A stretch of 64,000 nucleotides of DNA from Gammaproteobacteria bacterium (GTDB lineage: Bacteria; Pseudomonadota; Gammaproteobacteria; UBA4575), in the NCBI GenBank assembly GCA_965214675.1, contig OZ243969.1, forward strand, positions 1,797,511 to 1,861,510, given 5' to 3'. The notes under the pieces were generated by a model, which worked only from the letters and a program-made list of their open reading frames with translations, made no database searches and had not been told where the DNA came from. The position numbers were made by a program, and so were the translations under genes. Shown here one piece after another: positions 30,777 through 40,835 of this stretch. Numbering within the stretch: the stretch's first letter is position 1; each line of letters opens with the position of its first letter.

Positions 30777-30830
30777 GACAAAGGTGTCAAATTATGTTCG
30801 TGAATACGCGTCGCATAAGACACCTTTTTT
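30777..30830 (+). terminator. leader terminator overlapped by ANTAR-type hairpin (NasR/NasT antitermination element)
   Basis: GAC-AAAGGT-GTC hexaloop hairpin whose AAAGGTGTC also pairs with GACACCTTTTTT at 30819-30830. Confidence 0.7.
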
Positions 30831-30875
30831 ATCGCAGGAAACTGAACAAACTTTATATAACATCAGGAGATTAAA

Positions 30876-32258
30876 GTGCTGGATAGCAGACTAGGAAAAA
30901 TCAAACAGTTTGGTGTGGCATGTCTATTAATAGGATTTGCTCTTTTCAATAGTGTTGCCTATGCAGAACTAGGTGAGCCAGAGAAAGAAGATTTAAAGTT
31001 TGGTTTCATCAAACTGACCGACATGGCCCCCATTGCAATTGCATATGAGAATGGTTATTTCGAAGATGAAGGTTTATATGTAACGATTGAAGCTCAAGCA
31101 AATTGGAAAGTGCTTCTTGATGGTGTGATTGATGGTCAATTGGATGGCGCCCACATGCTTGCAGGTCAACCGCTTGCAGCAACAATTGGTTTTGGAACAA
31201 AAGCTCATCTCATTACTCCATTTTCAATGGATTTGAATGGTAACGGGATTACAGTATCGAATGATATTTGGGCACAAATGAAGCCTAATATTCCAAGAAT
31301 GGAAGATGGTCGACCCGTTCACCCGATCAAAGCAGATTATTTAAAACCTGTAGTAGAGAAATATAAAGAAGAAGGTAAGCCATTTAATATGGGAATGGTA
31401 TTCCCGGTGTCTACGCATAACTATGAACTACGTTATTGGTTAGCTGCTGGAGGTATACACCCAGGATACTATGCGCCACATAAAGGTGATATCACAGGTC
31501 AAATTGATGCTGATGCATTGCTTTCTGTAACTCCACCACCACAAATGCCTGCAACATTAGAGGCGGGAACAATTTATGGATATTGTGTGGGTGAACCGTG
31601 GAATCAACAAGCTGTTTTCAAAGGTATCGGTGTTCCTGTAATTACAGATTACGAAATATGGAAAAACAATCCTGAAAAGGTTTTTGGTATTACAGCAGCG
31701 TTTGCGGAAAAGTATCCTAACACTACTATTCGTTTAACACGCGCATTAATACGTGCTGCTATATGGCTAGACGAAAATGATAATGCAAATCGTCCTGCTG
31801 CAGTAAAAATTCTTTCACAGTCAAATTATGTTGGTGCAGACTACGATGTAATTGCAAACAGCATGACTGGTACATTTGAATATGAAAAGGGCGACAAAAG
31901 AGAAATTCCTGATTTCAATGTTTTCTTTCGTTATAACGCAACTTATCCTTATTACTCTGATGCAATTTGGTATTTAAGTCAGATGCGTCGTTGGGGGCAG
32001 ATTGCTGAAGATAAATCAGATGATTGGTATAAGGTAATTGCGGCAAAAGTATATCGACCTGATATTTATAGTAAAGCCGCAATGTCGCTTATCGATGAAG
32101 GTTTAGCGGATGCAGAAGGGTTCCCAGATTTTGAATCAGAGACAGGTTTTAAACCACCACAGCCAGAATTTATTGATGAGATTACTTTTGATGGTTCAAA
32201 ACCAAATGAATACTTAGAAAAGTTTTCAATTGGTTTAAAAGCAGGCGATAAAGTTTAA
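30876..32258 (+). CDS. nrtA: CmpA/NrtA-family nitrate/nitrite ABC substrate-binding protein
   Basis: [59 protein letters not shown]. Confidence 0.9.
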   Translation: MLDSRLGKIKQFGVACLLIGFALFNSVAYAELGEPEKEDLKFGFIKLTDMAPIAIAYENGYFEDEGLYVTIEAQANWKVLLDGVIDGQLDGAHMLAGQPLAATIGFGTKAHLITPFSMDLNGNGITVSNDIWAQMKPNIPRMEDGRPVHPIKADYLKPVVEKYKEEGKPFNMGMVFPVSTHNYELRYWLAAGGIHPGYYAPHKGDITGQIDADALLSVTPPPQMPATLEAGTIYGYCVGEPWNQQAVFKGIGVPVITDYEIWKNNPEKVFGITAAFAEKYPNTTIRLTRALIRAAIWLDENDNANRPAAVKILSQSNYVGADYDVIANSMTGTFEYEKGDKREIPDFNVFFRYNATYPYYSDAIWYLSQMRRWGQIAEDKSDDWYKVIAAKVYRPDIYSKAAMSLIDEGLADAEGFPDFESETGFKPPQPEFIDEITFDGSKPNEYLEKFSIGLKAGDKV

Positions 32259-32311
32259 GTCGATTGGGGAAAAAGGTTTAACTTTTCACAAACTTATTGA
32301 GCTATAGAGAC

Positions 32312-33307
32312 ATGTCTAACAGTGCATTAATACATAAAATAAGTGCTAATTCTGAACTTTCGCTTGGTTTGGTGTCGTTTTTTTTAAACGCATTTCATCA
32401 AATCGTAATACCAATACTTGGGATATCAATTTTCTTATTGCTGTGGTCATTTGCTGCAAAAAATGTTGAGACATCATTAGGAAATTTTCCTGGTCCTGGA
32501 GAGGTTTGGAAGCAATTTGGCGGTCTTTATAGTGAGTATAAAACTGAACGAGGTAAGGAAGATGCGTTCTATCAAAGGTTAGAAGAGCGCAATGCAAAAA
32601 AATTGGCTAAGAACCCTGATTATGTACCTAAGAAACGTAAATATACAGGTAAAGAAACCTTTCTTGACCAGATCTTTACTAGTTTAAAAACCGTAATGTG
32701 TGGATTCTTGCTTGCAGCTATTATTGCAATTCCACTTGGCATCGCGATTGGATTAAGTAAAACGTTAAATACTTCAGTGAATCCAATCATTCAGATATTT
32801 AAACCTGTATCACCTTTAGCTTGGCTGCCGTTAGTTACCATGGTGGTTAGTGCATTATATGTTTCTGACAATCCAATTGTTCCAAAGTCGTTTATTAATT
32901 CGATGATTACTGTAACGCTTTGTTGTCTATGGCCAATGGCAATCAACACCTCAGTGGGAGTTGCGTCAATTAATAAAGATTTAGTAAATGTAAGTCGAGT
33001 ATTAAAACTACCTCCGCTTAGTCATGTAAGAAAAATCGTAATACCAGCATCGGTACCCAGCATTTTCACAGGTATGCGTTTATCTCTAGGAATCGCATGG
33101 ATGGTGCTTATCGCGGCAGAGATGTTGGCTCAGAATCCCGGATTAGGAAAATTTGTATGGGACGAATTCCAAAATGGAAGCTCCAACTCATTAGGAAGAA
33201 TAATGGCTGCAGTAGTTGTTATTGGATTTATTGGGTTTTTGTTAGATCGTGCAATGCTCCAGATTCAGCGTTTTGTATCTTGGGATAAAGCCTCTGCAAC
33301 ACGCTAA
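32312..33307 (+). CDS. nrtB: nitrate ABC transporter permease
   Basis: KPVSPLAWLP, FTGMRLSLGIAWMVLIAAEML, GLGKFVWDEF. Confidence 0.9.
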   Translation: MSNSALIHKISANSELSLGLVSFFLNAFHQIVIPILGISIFLLLWSFAAKNVETSLGNFPGPGEVWKQFGGLYSEYKTERGKEDAFYQRLEERNAKKLAKNPDYVPKKRKYTGKETFLDQIFTSLKTVMCGFLLAAIIAIPLGIAIGLSKTLNTSVNPIIQIFKPVSPLAWLPLVTMVVSALYVSDNPIVPKSFINSMITVTLCCLWPMAINTSVGVASINKDLVNVSRVLKLPPLSHVRKIVIPASVPSIFTGMRLSLGIAWMVLIAAEMLAQNPGLGKFVWDEFQNGSSNSLGRIMAAVVVIGFIGFLLDRAMLQIQRFVSWDKASATR

Positions 33308-33348
33308 TTATTTTTAAATTGTTAATTTCGGTAACTAGAGCCCTAGTT

Positions 33349-34203
33349 ATGAATAATGTAATTCTTGATATCAGCGATATCGATATGGAGTTTCCAACGC
33401 CTAAGGGGCCATTTACTGCGCTTAAAAAAATCGATTTAAAAGTTTCAAAAGGTGAGTTTGTGTCACTTATTGGGCATTCCGGTTGCGGTAAGTCCACAGT
33501 GTTAAACATTGTAGCTGGTCTTTATCAAGCAACACGTGGTGGTGTAGTGCTAAGTGGTAAAGAGGTCACATCACCGGGCCCTGAACGTGCAGTGGTATTT
33601 CAAAATCATTCATTGTTACCTTGGTTGACGGCCTATCAGAATGTTGAATTGGCAGTTAAACAAGTATTCAAGAAAACAAAATCAAAAATAGAGTTAAAAG
33701 AATGGATCGAGCATAACTTGAGTTTGGTGCATATGGACCATGCAATGCACAAACGTCCGGATGAGTTATCTGGTGGGATGAAACAAAGGGTGGGAATTGC
33801 AAGAGCGCTATCGATGCAGCCGGAAGTTCTGCTCATGGATGAGCCATTTGGCGCATTGGATGCACTTACGCGTGCATATATGCAAGAGACGTTAATGGAA
33901 ATTCAAAACGAACTTAAGAATACCGTAATTATGATAACGCATGATGTAGATGAGGCTGTATTGTTGTCAGATAGAATTGTAATGATGACTAATGGTCCAT
34001 CTGCAAAAATTGGTGAGATTCTTGAAGTTAACCTTGAACGCCCAAGAGATCGAATTTCTTTGGCAGAAACACCAGAGTATTCTAAGTTGCGTCACGCAGT
34101 ACTCAGTTTCTTATATGAAAAACAAAGAAAAGTAGAAAATATATCGGGCCAACAACGTAAGACACCAGCCCAAGCTACATTAAAAAATAGCGCAGTTGCC
34201 TAG
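33349..34203 (+). CDS. nrtD: nitrate ABC transporter ATP-binding protein (NrtC/D type)
   Basis: GHSGCGKST, VFQNHSLLPW, LSGGMKQR, MDEPFGALDALTR, MMTNGP. Confidence 0.88.
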   Translation: MNNVILDISDIDMEFPTPKGPFTALKKIDLKVSKGEFVSLIGHSGCGKSTVLNIVAGLYQATRGGVVLSGKEVTSPGPERAVVFQNHSLLPWLTAYQNVELAVKQVFKKTKSKIELKEWIEHNLSLVHMDHAMHKRPDELSGGMKQRVGIARALSMQPEVLLMDEPFGALDALTRAYMQETLMEIQNELKNTVIMITHDVDEAVLLSDRIVMMTNGPSAKIGEILEVNLERPRDRISLAETPEYSKLRHAVLSFLYEKQRKVENISGQQRKTPAQATLKNSAVA

Positions 34204-34488
34204 AAATCATTACTATTCAAGTCCAATAAGAACTTAATCGATATTAACAGGAGACAATATCTATCATTTACAAGAAGAGGATAAGGTTTCTCATATCTTT
34301 GTAATGTCGTTTTGGAAAGTAAAAGTTTTTCGTTTACGGTGCAATGGGCCGCAAACTCCTCGTCCCGCTTTCTGTCGACCGCCTGATCCACCACTTTTGC
34401 ACTCATTTTCAAACACCTTTGGCACTACGATGCCGTGTCTTCGTTTAAGGGTATTTATACGACGTTCAAAAGTAGGTAGGGCATGTTT

Positions 34489-34534
34489 CTGAAAATCCTC
34501 GTGTCGGTGGTTCGATTCCGCCCCTGGCCACCAT
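34489..34534 (+). repeat. att direct repeat copy 2 (partial tRNA-Phe)
   Basis: CTGAAAATCCTCGTGTCGGTGGTTCGATTCCGCCCCTGGCCACCAT, identical to 24647-24692. Confidence 0.93.
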
Positions 34535-34578
34535 ATTCAACTCAAGCGGTGTGAAATTTCTGGTTTCAGTCGTGTTCC

Positions 34579-35520
34579 ATGCGTTACACTTTTGCTATCT
34601 CCATGACGGGATGGCCCATGGCGACCAGTACTAACTCCTCCTCGGACACTTGTAAGGTGGTCACCTGCAAACAAAGCCGTACAGGCCAAAAAATTCCTCC
34701 GGCACGAGACCCGCATCGTTATATCAACGACCTTGACCCGGACGCCATCAACCGTTTGATAGAGCGACTTGAGAGTCGTGGCAAGGAACGGGCGTTTATC
34801 CGCTTATTTGAAAAATATCTATCCAGACTTCATTTGTCTGAAAATGCAAGGGTACTCGAAATTGGCTCGGGGACAGGTGTCATCACGCGTCTGCTAGCCC
34901 GCAAGACGGATAAGAGTATTCATGTGACGGGCATAGATCACAGTTCAGCTTTGGTAGAGACTGCAAGTCAGCTCACACTGCAGGAGAAGTTTGAAGAAAG
35001 AATTACATACAACGTTGAGGATGCCCATGCACTTCAATCTGGGTCTGAATATTTTGATGCAGTAATTGTGCATACAGTCATCAGTCATGTTGCTGATCCA
35101 GCTACTGTACTGAAGGAAGCCTACCGGGTATTAAAACCGAATGGAACCCTGGCTGTTTTTGATGGTGACTATGCTTCGCTCACTTATGCATTTGACAATG
35201 CTGAAGCAGGACGGAAAATGGATTGGGCACTGGCTCAGACAGTATTCAGTAATCCAGTAGTCATGCGGCACATGCCCCAGTTACTTGCGGGTGCTGGCTT
35301 TGAACTGACTGAAACCCTGGCCGACCTGGTTTCCGAAATTGGCCAGGGTAGCTATTTTCGCAGCATGGCCGATACCTATGCCCCTTTGATCGTTGTTGCA
35401 GGACTTGCATCAAAGGCCGATACTGATAAATGGCTCAAAGCACAGCACGAAGCGATCGATCAACAACGATTTTTTGCCTCGTGCAATTATTACAGTTTCA
35501 TTGCCCACCGACCGGGCTGA
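34579..35520 (+). CDS. class I SAM-dependent methyltransferase
   Basis: VLEIGSGTG, TGIDHS, EDAHAL, FDAV, RVLKPNG. Start is uncertain. Confidence 0.85.
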   Translation: MRYTFAISMTGWPMATSTNSSSDTCKVVTCKQSRTGQKIPPARDPHRYINDLDPDAINRLIERLESRGKERAFIRLFEKYLSRLHLSENARVLEIGSGTGVITRLLARKTDKSIHVTGIDHSSALVETASQLTLQEKFEERITYNVEDAHALQSGSEYFDAVIVHTVISHVADPATVLKEAYRVLKPNGTLAVFDGDYASLTYAFDNAEAGRKMDWALAQTVFSNPVVMRHMPQLLAGAGFELTETLADLVSEIGQGSYFRSMADTYAPLIVVAGLASKADTDKWLKAQHEAIDQQRFFASCNYYSFIAHRPG

Positions 35521-35593
35521 AAAGTTCATTGCTTGAAATCACAGAGATAACCCAGCGGACTCGTTCGCGTGCACTGCTTGTTGATACCACATT

Positions 35594-36340
35594 ATGAATA
35601 TCCACATCCTGAATGATCTGCATATCGAATTTGAAGATTTCAAGCCGCCGGAAACCAGTGCTGACGTCGTGGTATTGGCCGGTGATATTGGAGTTGGGGT
35701 GCAAGGCTTGTACTGGGCACAAAGGCTGTTCCCAGATAAACCAGTGATATACGTACTAGGTAACCACGAGTTCTACAATAACCATACAGGCTTGGTTGAT
35801 GATCTTAAAGCCGGGGCGCGGGACAACATTCATGTCCTGAATGATGATCAGGTGATTATCAATGGGGTACGTTTTCTGGGCAGTACGCTGTGGACCGATT
35901 TTGCTCTGATGGGGGAGGGGAGCAAGTTCTTTGCCATCCAGGAGGCGCAACGATGCATGACAGATTTTACAGTCATCCAGTACGATAACCGATGTTTCAC
36001 ACCCCGAGATGCAATTGAGATGCACAGGGCCAGCCGAGATTGGCTGACTTCAATGCTGGCACAACCCTTCAACGGCAAAACGGTCGTGGTCACCCACCAT
36101 GCACCCTCTTCGCGATCAATTGCACCACGTTATGCGGGTGGCCTGTTATCCTCCGCATTTGCCAGCAACCTGGAAAGCCTGATGATGGGTAACCACCGTG
36201 CAGACCTCTGGGTCCACGGTCATGTCCATGATTCCTTTGATTACGAAATTTGTGCAACGCGCGTGGTTTGTAACCCTCGGGGGTATGCGCCCAGTGCCCT
36301 GAACCCTGATTTCGTTTCAGACAAGGTAGTTGTGATCTGA
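35594..36340 (+). CDS. calcineurin-like metallophosphoesterase
   Basis: DLH, LAGD, GNHE, THHAP, HGHVH, CNPRGY. Confidence 0.9.
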   Translation: MNIHILNDLHIEFEDFKPPETSADVVVLAGDIGVGVQGLYWAQRLFPDKPVIYVLGNHEFYNNHTGLVDDLKAGARDNIHVLNDDQVIINGVRFLGSTLWTDFALMGEGSKFFAIQEAQRCMTDFTVIQYDNRCFTPRDAIEMHRASRDWLTSMLAQPFNGKTVVVTHHAPSSRSIAPRYAGGLLSSAFASNLESLMMGNHRADLWVHGHVHDSFDYEICATRVVCNPRGYAPSALNPDFVSDKVVVI

Positions 36341-36427
36341 GGTGCAACCAAGCTGAGCAATCATGATGATCGGCAAGCAAATCGCCGATGTGGATGCCAT
36401 TTGACTTATGGGTGAACACCTACCAAT

Positions 36428-36934
36428 TTACGGTCTGTGCCAATTGCAGTGCATCGCCGTGTTCACCAGCCAGTTATCTTCCAAATACTCGACTCTGTAA
36501 TCACAGGTACCGGAAACATCTAAATACTTCCCGGTTCCTCCCAAGAGCTTCCAGACACCAGAACCACCACCACCAGATTCAGTGTCACCTTTGTGCCTTC
36601 TTCCCCCCATGTGCAATTTATCATTCGAAGCATCAGTCATAGTGCAATGTGCCTCAAGGTTATAGCTATCTTCAGATTTCTTCGCATAGACCAGGCAATT
36701 CGAGAGGCTGTGATTACCTGCAACAAAGGGATCGCGGCTGCTTTCAAGAATCGTATTGACTCCTTCGAGCGTACCAATAGTGACAGCCTTCCCGGGTCGC
36801 TCGAGCACACTGTAATCGTGTTTCCATATGGTGAGCATGCTGAAGCTTCCACTTTCATCGGCAAGGATGCCCTGGGCTGTACATAACAGGCCAATTGAAA
36901 TCAGTAGCGTATTGATTTTTCTACCAAGGTGCAT
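36428..36934 (-). CDS. hypothetical exported protein, probably beta-rich
   Basis: Signal-peptide-like N-terminus, four Cys in the mature part, LLGGTGKY motif. Confidence 0.6.
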   Translation of the reverse strand: MHLGRKINTLLISIGLLCTAQGILADESGSFSMLTIWKHDYSVLERPGKAVTIGTLEGVNTILESSRDPFVAGNHSLSNCLVYAKKSEDSYNLEAHCTMTDASNDKLHMGGRRHKGDTESGGGGSGVWKLLGGTGKYLDVSGTCDYRVEYLEDNWLVNTAMHCNWHRP

Positions 36935-37147
36935 TTTTCCCTCAATTTTTTGAACATTTTCGTGATAAATAATATATGCATGCTGCAAAGTCTGTCGCAC
37001 AAATTCAATTCAGGCATGGGCATCAGGTTCTCTTAAAGTCGTTGATCATCAGGACCTGAAAGCAGGTCTGTACAACTTCCCGGTCGTCAGGAATGCGATG
37101 TGGTCAGGCGTTACAGGTTTGATGCTGATCACAAAGACTCTGTGGGT

Positions 37148-37843
37148 CTACGCAAGGGCAGGGTCTTCAGTGGTTTCTGTAAAATGTCTGTAAAACAGCG
37201 CGCAAAATACACCGAGTACAACCCAGAAAACTGCATTTGTCATCAGCGTTGCCGTAATGTACGCATGCCTCAGTTCATCAGGAGCTAAGCCCGTGTGCAC
37301 CTCTGGTTGTGGAGCACCAAATAGATGGGGTAATGCCAGCAACCCAACTCCAAATAACTTCAGATAACGTTTAGGTTGAAAGGCTATGATCCAAAAGCCT
37401 GTCGCAGTCACTACAACGGTCAATACCCACCATACCTGCCGTTGCTCAAGTCCAGCGGCCACATCTCCCGGAAGTTCTGGTGGAAGGCCCAGTGCAGGTG
37501 CTATGTTGAATGCAGCAAAACCTGCAAGTCCCCAAAGTATCCCACCCTTCCAGGTTACTTTTCCTCGCAACGCATAGCATGCGGTCAAGAGCATGCCAAA
37601 TCCTATGCCTACGAGCACGCTGTTAAGTACTGTCCAGAATGTCCTTTCAATTCCGTCTTCGGGAGCCCATTCTTCTGCCTCATGACCATGGGTAGCTTCA
37701 TGCTCTTCGCCACCGGCGGTTTCATATGTCTCAGCCTCAAGGATCATGGGGACTACTGTAAATTGCTGTACGCCCCCAAGGACTAAACCAGCCAGTCCGC
37801 CCGCCAAAAGAGCCGTCAATAAAATCGAATTAAATGCCTTCAT
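37148..37843 (-). CDS. cbtA: cobalt transporter subunit CbtA
   Basis: P.ILEAETYE, EEWAPEDGIERT, PALGLPPELPG, RQVWW, LPHLFGAP. Confidence 0.92.
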   Translation of the reverse strand: MKAFNSILLTALLAGGLAGLVLGGVQQFTVVPMILEAETYETAGGEEHEATHGHEAEEWAPEDGIERTFWTVLNSVLVGIGFGMLLTACYALRGKVTWKGGILWGLAGFAAFNIAPALGLPPELPGDVAAGLEQRQVWWVLTVVVTATGFWIIAFQPKRYLKLFGVGLLALPHLFGAPQPEVHTGLAPDELRHAYITATLMTNAVFWVVLGVFCALFYRHFTETTEDPALA

Positions 37844-37855
37844 GCATGAAATTTG

Positions 37856-38053
37856 TCAATGGCATGGGAACGCAAGGCTGTGACGCAGATCATGAGCAGC
37901 ATTGTGAACCACCTCTGGTCCTGCAAATCCAACGGCTGCAACAATCAATGTACCAATTAGAATTGCCGCTGTGACAGCCACAACCATTTCCAATGAAATG
38001 ATCCCAGCATGAGCAGATGTTGACATGTATTTGGTATTTTGACTTCTATCCAT
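37856..38053 (-). CDS. cbtB: cobalt transporter subunit CbtB
   Basis: One TM helix followed by VHNAAHDLRHSLAFPCH. Confidence 0.92.
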   Translation of the reverse strand: MDRSQNTKYMSTSAHAGIISLEMVVAVTAAILIGTLIVAAVGFAGPEVVHNAAHDLRHSLAFPCH

Positions 38054-38272
38054 TTCATTCCTCCAAGTGTTGCGCACCAATCACATCAATAGTTATATTA
38101 TAACATAACCATATTAAGGGCAACTGACACGCCGGTGCCGGTCGTTGCCTGCAGCAATGTGCTGATGCCTATATCACGGGATTTCGGGTTTCCCACAGGT
38201 TGGGCGAGTTCAGATTCGCCATCATTCTTTTAGTTATCCAGCAACAGGTTTTAATCACCAGTCAAGGCACTA

Positions 38273-38336
38273 AGTCTAAAGTAACCCGAATATCCTGCCA
38301 ACATAGACATTGCAAAATATCATAGGTAATAGTTAT
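38273..38336 (-). promoter_or_regulatory. LysR-type operator and sigma70 promoter upstream of cbtBA
   Basis: Minus strand ATAA-N7-CTAT, then 20 nt, then TTGGCA-N17-TAGACT; same layout as the scn promoter. Confidence 0.6.
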
Positions 38337-38409
38337 TAATTTTGTGGATAACATAGTTATCGAAAATACTGCCCCATAGTCTGGGAGAGTCAAGATTCTC
38401 CCTGGAGCC

Positions 38410-39156
38410 TTACTCGAGGTAATGAATTTTCGTATCAATCTGACCATGAGTCGTCATTTCAACGAACCGGTAGGCTGGTGGAAGTCGATCAGTGCGATAG
38501 GTGTGAGTATTCGGTTTGAACTGGTGACAGGTCGAAGGGGTGGATAAGAAACGTAGCTTTTCCAGTTGTTGATCTACCGTTTGATGTACGTGCCCGAACA
38601 TTACCAGCAGTTCATCAGGATAACTGCCCAGGACCTGGAGGAAGTCATTTTTGTTTTGCAGCCCAATCTCATCTAGCCACTTGCTGTTTACAGGCACCGG
38701 AGGGTGATGCAAGACAATCACATTGAACTGGTCTTCACAGGTTTGTAGGTGAGCCTGTAGTTGTCCTAGACATCGCTGGGATATTTTCCCGTAGTGTTCA
38801 TCTGCCACCCAGGTGCTGATCAGCACGAGCGAAAACTTGCCTAGTGGAATGATCCGGATCGCATCAATTGGACATTCAGGGGCAACATTTTGTAGAAGTT
38901 TCGGTGTGTCATGGTTGCCCGGCACACAGTAAACAGGCACATCATAATTGCAAATCACAGAGTCAAACTGGGAATAGCTTTCTTTTGTACCTGTCTGTGA
39001 GACATCACCTGTGAATAGCCAGAAGTCAACGTCCCGATAGTGGCTTGAACAGTGGGCAAGGACTGCCTGCAAATTTTTTTTGGTATTGATTTGGTGGAAA
39101 GTCTCATTTGCCGTGTTGAGCAAATGAGTGTCAGTGATATGGATGAATCTCAACAT
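38410..39156 (-). CDS. CpdA/Icc-like metallophosphoesterase
   Basis: ITDTH, FTGDVS, PGNHD, LHHPP, GHVHQ, STPSTC.QF. Confidence 0.85.
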   Translation of the reverse strand: MLRFIHITDTHLLNTANETFHQINTKKNLQAVLAHCSSHYRDVDFWLFTGDVSQTGTKESYSQFDSVICNYDVPVYCVPGNHDTPKLLQNVAPECPIDAIRIIPLGKFSLVLISTWVADEHYGKISQRCLGQLQAHLQTCEDQFNVIVLHHPPVPVNSKWLDEIGLQNKNDFLQVLGSYPDELLVMFGHVHQTVDQQLEKLRFLSTPSTCHQFKPNTHTYRTDRLPPAYRFVEMTTHGQIDTKIHYLE

Positions 39157-39396
39157 ATCCTGTCGATGGCTGGTTAATTCGTTGTCCATGGGCTAAGGGG
39201 AATGAAAAAAAGTGCCAGGATGCGTTGTGAGAAATTGAATTCATCACAACCTGCCGAAGATTGTTACGGCAAACAGATCGGCATACGGTTTACTTCTACG
39301 CTCGTCTTATATAGTTGCCCGCTTTGCTCGCAGCATCGTTGGATTCGAGCCCTGCTTTTATATACCCGTAGTATAGTAGAAAATGCGCAGTTACCT

Positions 39397-40398
39397 ATGA
39401 AACATGTTCGTTTCCAGCCCGGTGGACAAGAGATTACCTGCAGGGATGGAGAGACTGTTTTGTCAGCAGCGCTTCGAGAAGGCCTTGTCTTTCCTTACAG
39501 CTGCCGTAAAGGAAATTGCGGCGTATGTCAGGCCCGCCTCATATCCGGCAAAATTACCCCAAGTCCTGCACCTGATGAGGACATGGGTGCATATTCTGAC
39601 ACAGGTGAAGGGGTACTGTTGTGTCAGGCGATCCCGCTTACTGACCTGGTTATCAAGGCTCATGAACTCGAAGCACTTGCAGGTATACGAGTGCGCACAC
39701 TGTCATGCCGGGTCCAGAATCTGGAGCCGCTCACTCATAATGTCACTGCATTGACGTTAGGCCTGACGAAAGGTCGAGGTCATCTGGAATTCTGCGCAGG
39801 CCAGTATGTGGATCTCTTGCTGTGGGACAATCGTCGCCGCAGCTATTCAATTGCAAGCGCACCCCAAGAAGCTGATGTGATTGAAGTACATGTACACAGG
39901 ATCCCGGGCGGGCGATTCAGCGAGCAGGAATTTGGCACGATGAAAGCACAGGACCTGCTAGCTATCATCGGTCCTCTGGGAACTTTTTTCCTGCGCGATG
40001 ACCCACGTCCTACGATATTAATCGCTGCCGGCACGGGTTTTGCTCCCATTTCCGCTATGCTGGAAGACCTGCGAAAGCGGGGTATACAAAGGCGGATACA
40101 GTTCTACTGGGAGGTGGTCTCTCGAAAAGACCTGTACCGGCATGAGCAAATTTGCACGTGGGAACGGGAAATGGGCATCAAGTTTATACCCGTGTTGTCT
40201 GCACCTGATTCGGACTGGGAAGGGCGGTGTGGCAAGGTGCATGAAGCCGTGCTGGCTGACCATCCGGACCTGTCAGATATGCAGGTATATGCCAGTGGGT
40301 TGCCGGAAATGATTGCAGCCGTTCGCAAAACATTTCCCCAGCATGGGTTGCGCGCCGATGCACTGTACTGTGAGTCATTTGAATGCGCAGTGGATTAA
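39397..40398 (+). CDS. [2Fe-2S] ferredoxin-FAD/NAD(P)H reductase (CDP-glucoseen reductase-like)
   Basis: YSCRKGNCGVC...LLC, AGQY, RRSYSIAS, AAGTGFAP, YASG.PEMI. Confidence 0.85.
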   Translation: MKHVRFQPGGQEITCRDGETVLSAALREGLVFPYSCRKGNCGVCQARLISGKITPSPAPDEDMGAYSDTGEGVLLCQAIPLTDLVIKAHELEALAGIRVRTLSCRVQNLEPLTHNVTALTLGLTKGRGHLEFCAGQYVDLLLWDNRRRSYSIASAPQEADVIEVHVHRIPGGRFSEQEFGTMKAQDLLAIIGPLGTFFLRDDPRPTILIAAGTGFAPISAMLEDLRKRGIQRRIQFYWEVVSRKDLYRHEQICTWEREMGIKFIPVLSAPDSDWEGRCGKVHEAVLADHPDLSDMQVYASGLPEMIAAVRKTFPQHGLRADALYCESFECAVD

Positions 40399-40507
40399 CC
40401 CTGACCCGGTCTACGGTTAAAGTCGTTTTCCCATGCTGCAGTGGTATAAGAAGTCAGGCTGCTATAACCGTTCTATAATAAAAGAAATGCCAATGAGCGC
40501 GTAATAG

Positions 40508-40783
40508 ATGAACAACGTAGCACAAAAGCTGGTGGATGGATTTGTTGACGTAATCACGTCTGGCAACAGGCCATTTCGCATTTTATTGTTTGGCGGCATA
40601 TTCCTCGCGTTGCTGATCATGAATATCTTGGCGAGGCTTTTTGGAGTAAGCACAAAAATTGGCGGGGACATCGACTTGGCAAATTTTGCCCTGATTGTGA
40701 TATCGCTATTTTTGGGCTTTGGAATCTCCTACTGCATCGTACACTTTGCGCATGCCAGCAAACAAAATCGTACCGGAAGATAA
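40508..40783 (+). CDS. hypothetical two-TM membrane protein
   Basis: ORF with two hydrophobic segments; no family recognised. Confidence 0.5.
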   Translation: MNNVAQKLVDGFVDVITSGNRPFRILLFGGIFLALLIMNILARLFGVSTKIGGDIDLANFALIVISLFLGFGISYCIVHFAHASKQNRTGR

Positions 40784-40835
40784 CTGCATGAAATTGATCA
40801 GGAACCACAAAGGAAGTTCTTGGTAGATAGAAAGA

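Larger units (their letters stand above)
24693..34534. mobile_element. tRNA-Phe-integrated genomic island (nitrogen metabolism), no integrase visible
   Basis: Flanked by 46-bp direct repeats; visibly more AT-rich than the flanks; IHF-like AATCAGTTAGTTA at 24695-24707. Confidence 0.85.

Noticed and set aside
34210-34488. Integrase remnant next to the second att site
   Set aside because: Only a short IPLNED-like peptide between stop codons on the minus strand; no catalytic R-H-R-Y motifs.
34489-34534. Second tRNA-Phe gene
   Set aside because: Only the 3' 45 nt are present; the 5' acceptor strand and D arm are missing.
38120-38220. Cobalamin or NiCo riboswitch upstream of cbtB
   Set aside because: No B12-box motifs on the coding strand. 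Loose NiCo-like words (AACTGA, GCCGG, GCAGCA) are on the antisense strand and lack the closing stem.
38343-38351. Single perfect DnaA box
   Set aside because: Isolated 9-mer with no cluster.
39200-39218. sigma54 promoter for the CpdA-like gene (TGGCACTTTTTTTCAT, minus strand)
   Set aside because: The -12 GC is missing.
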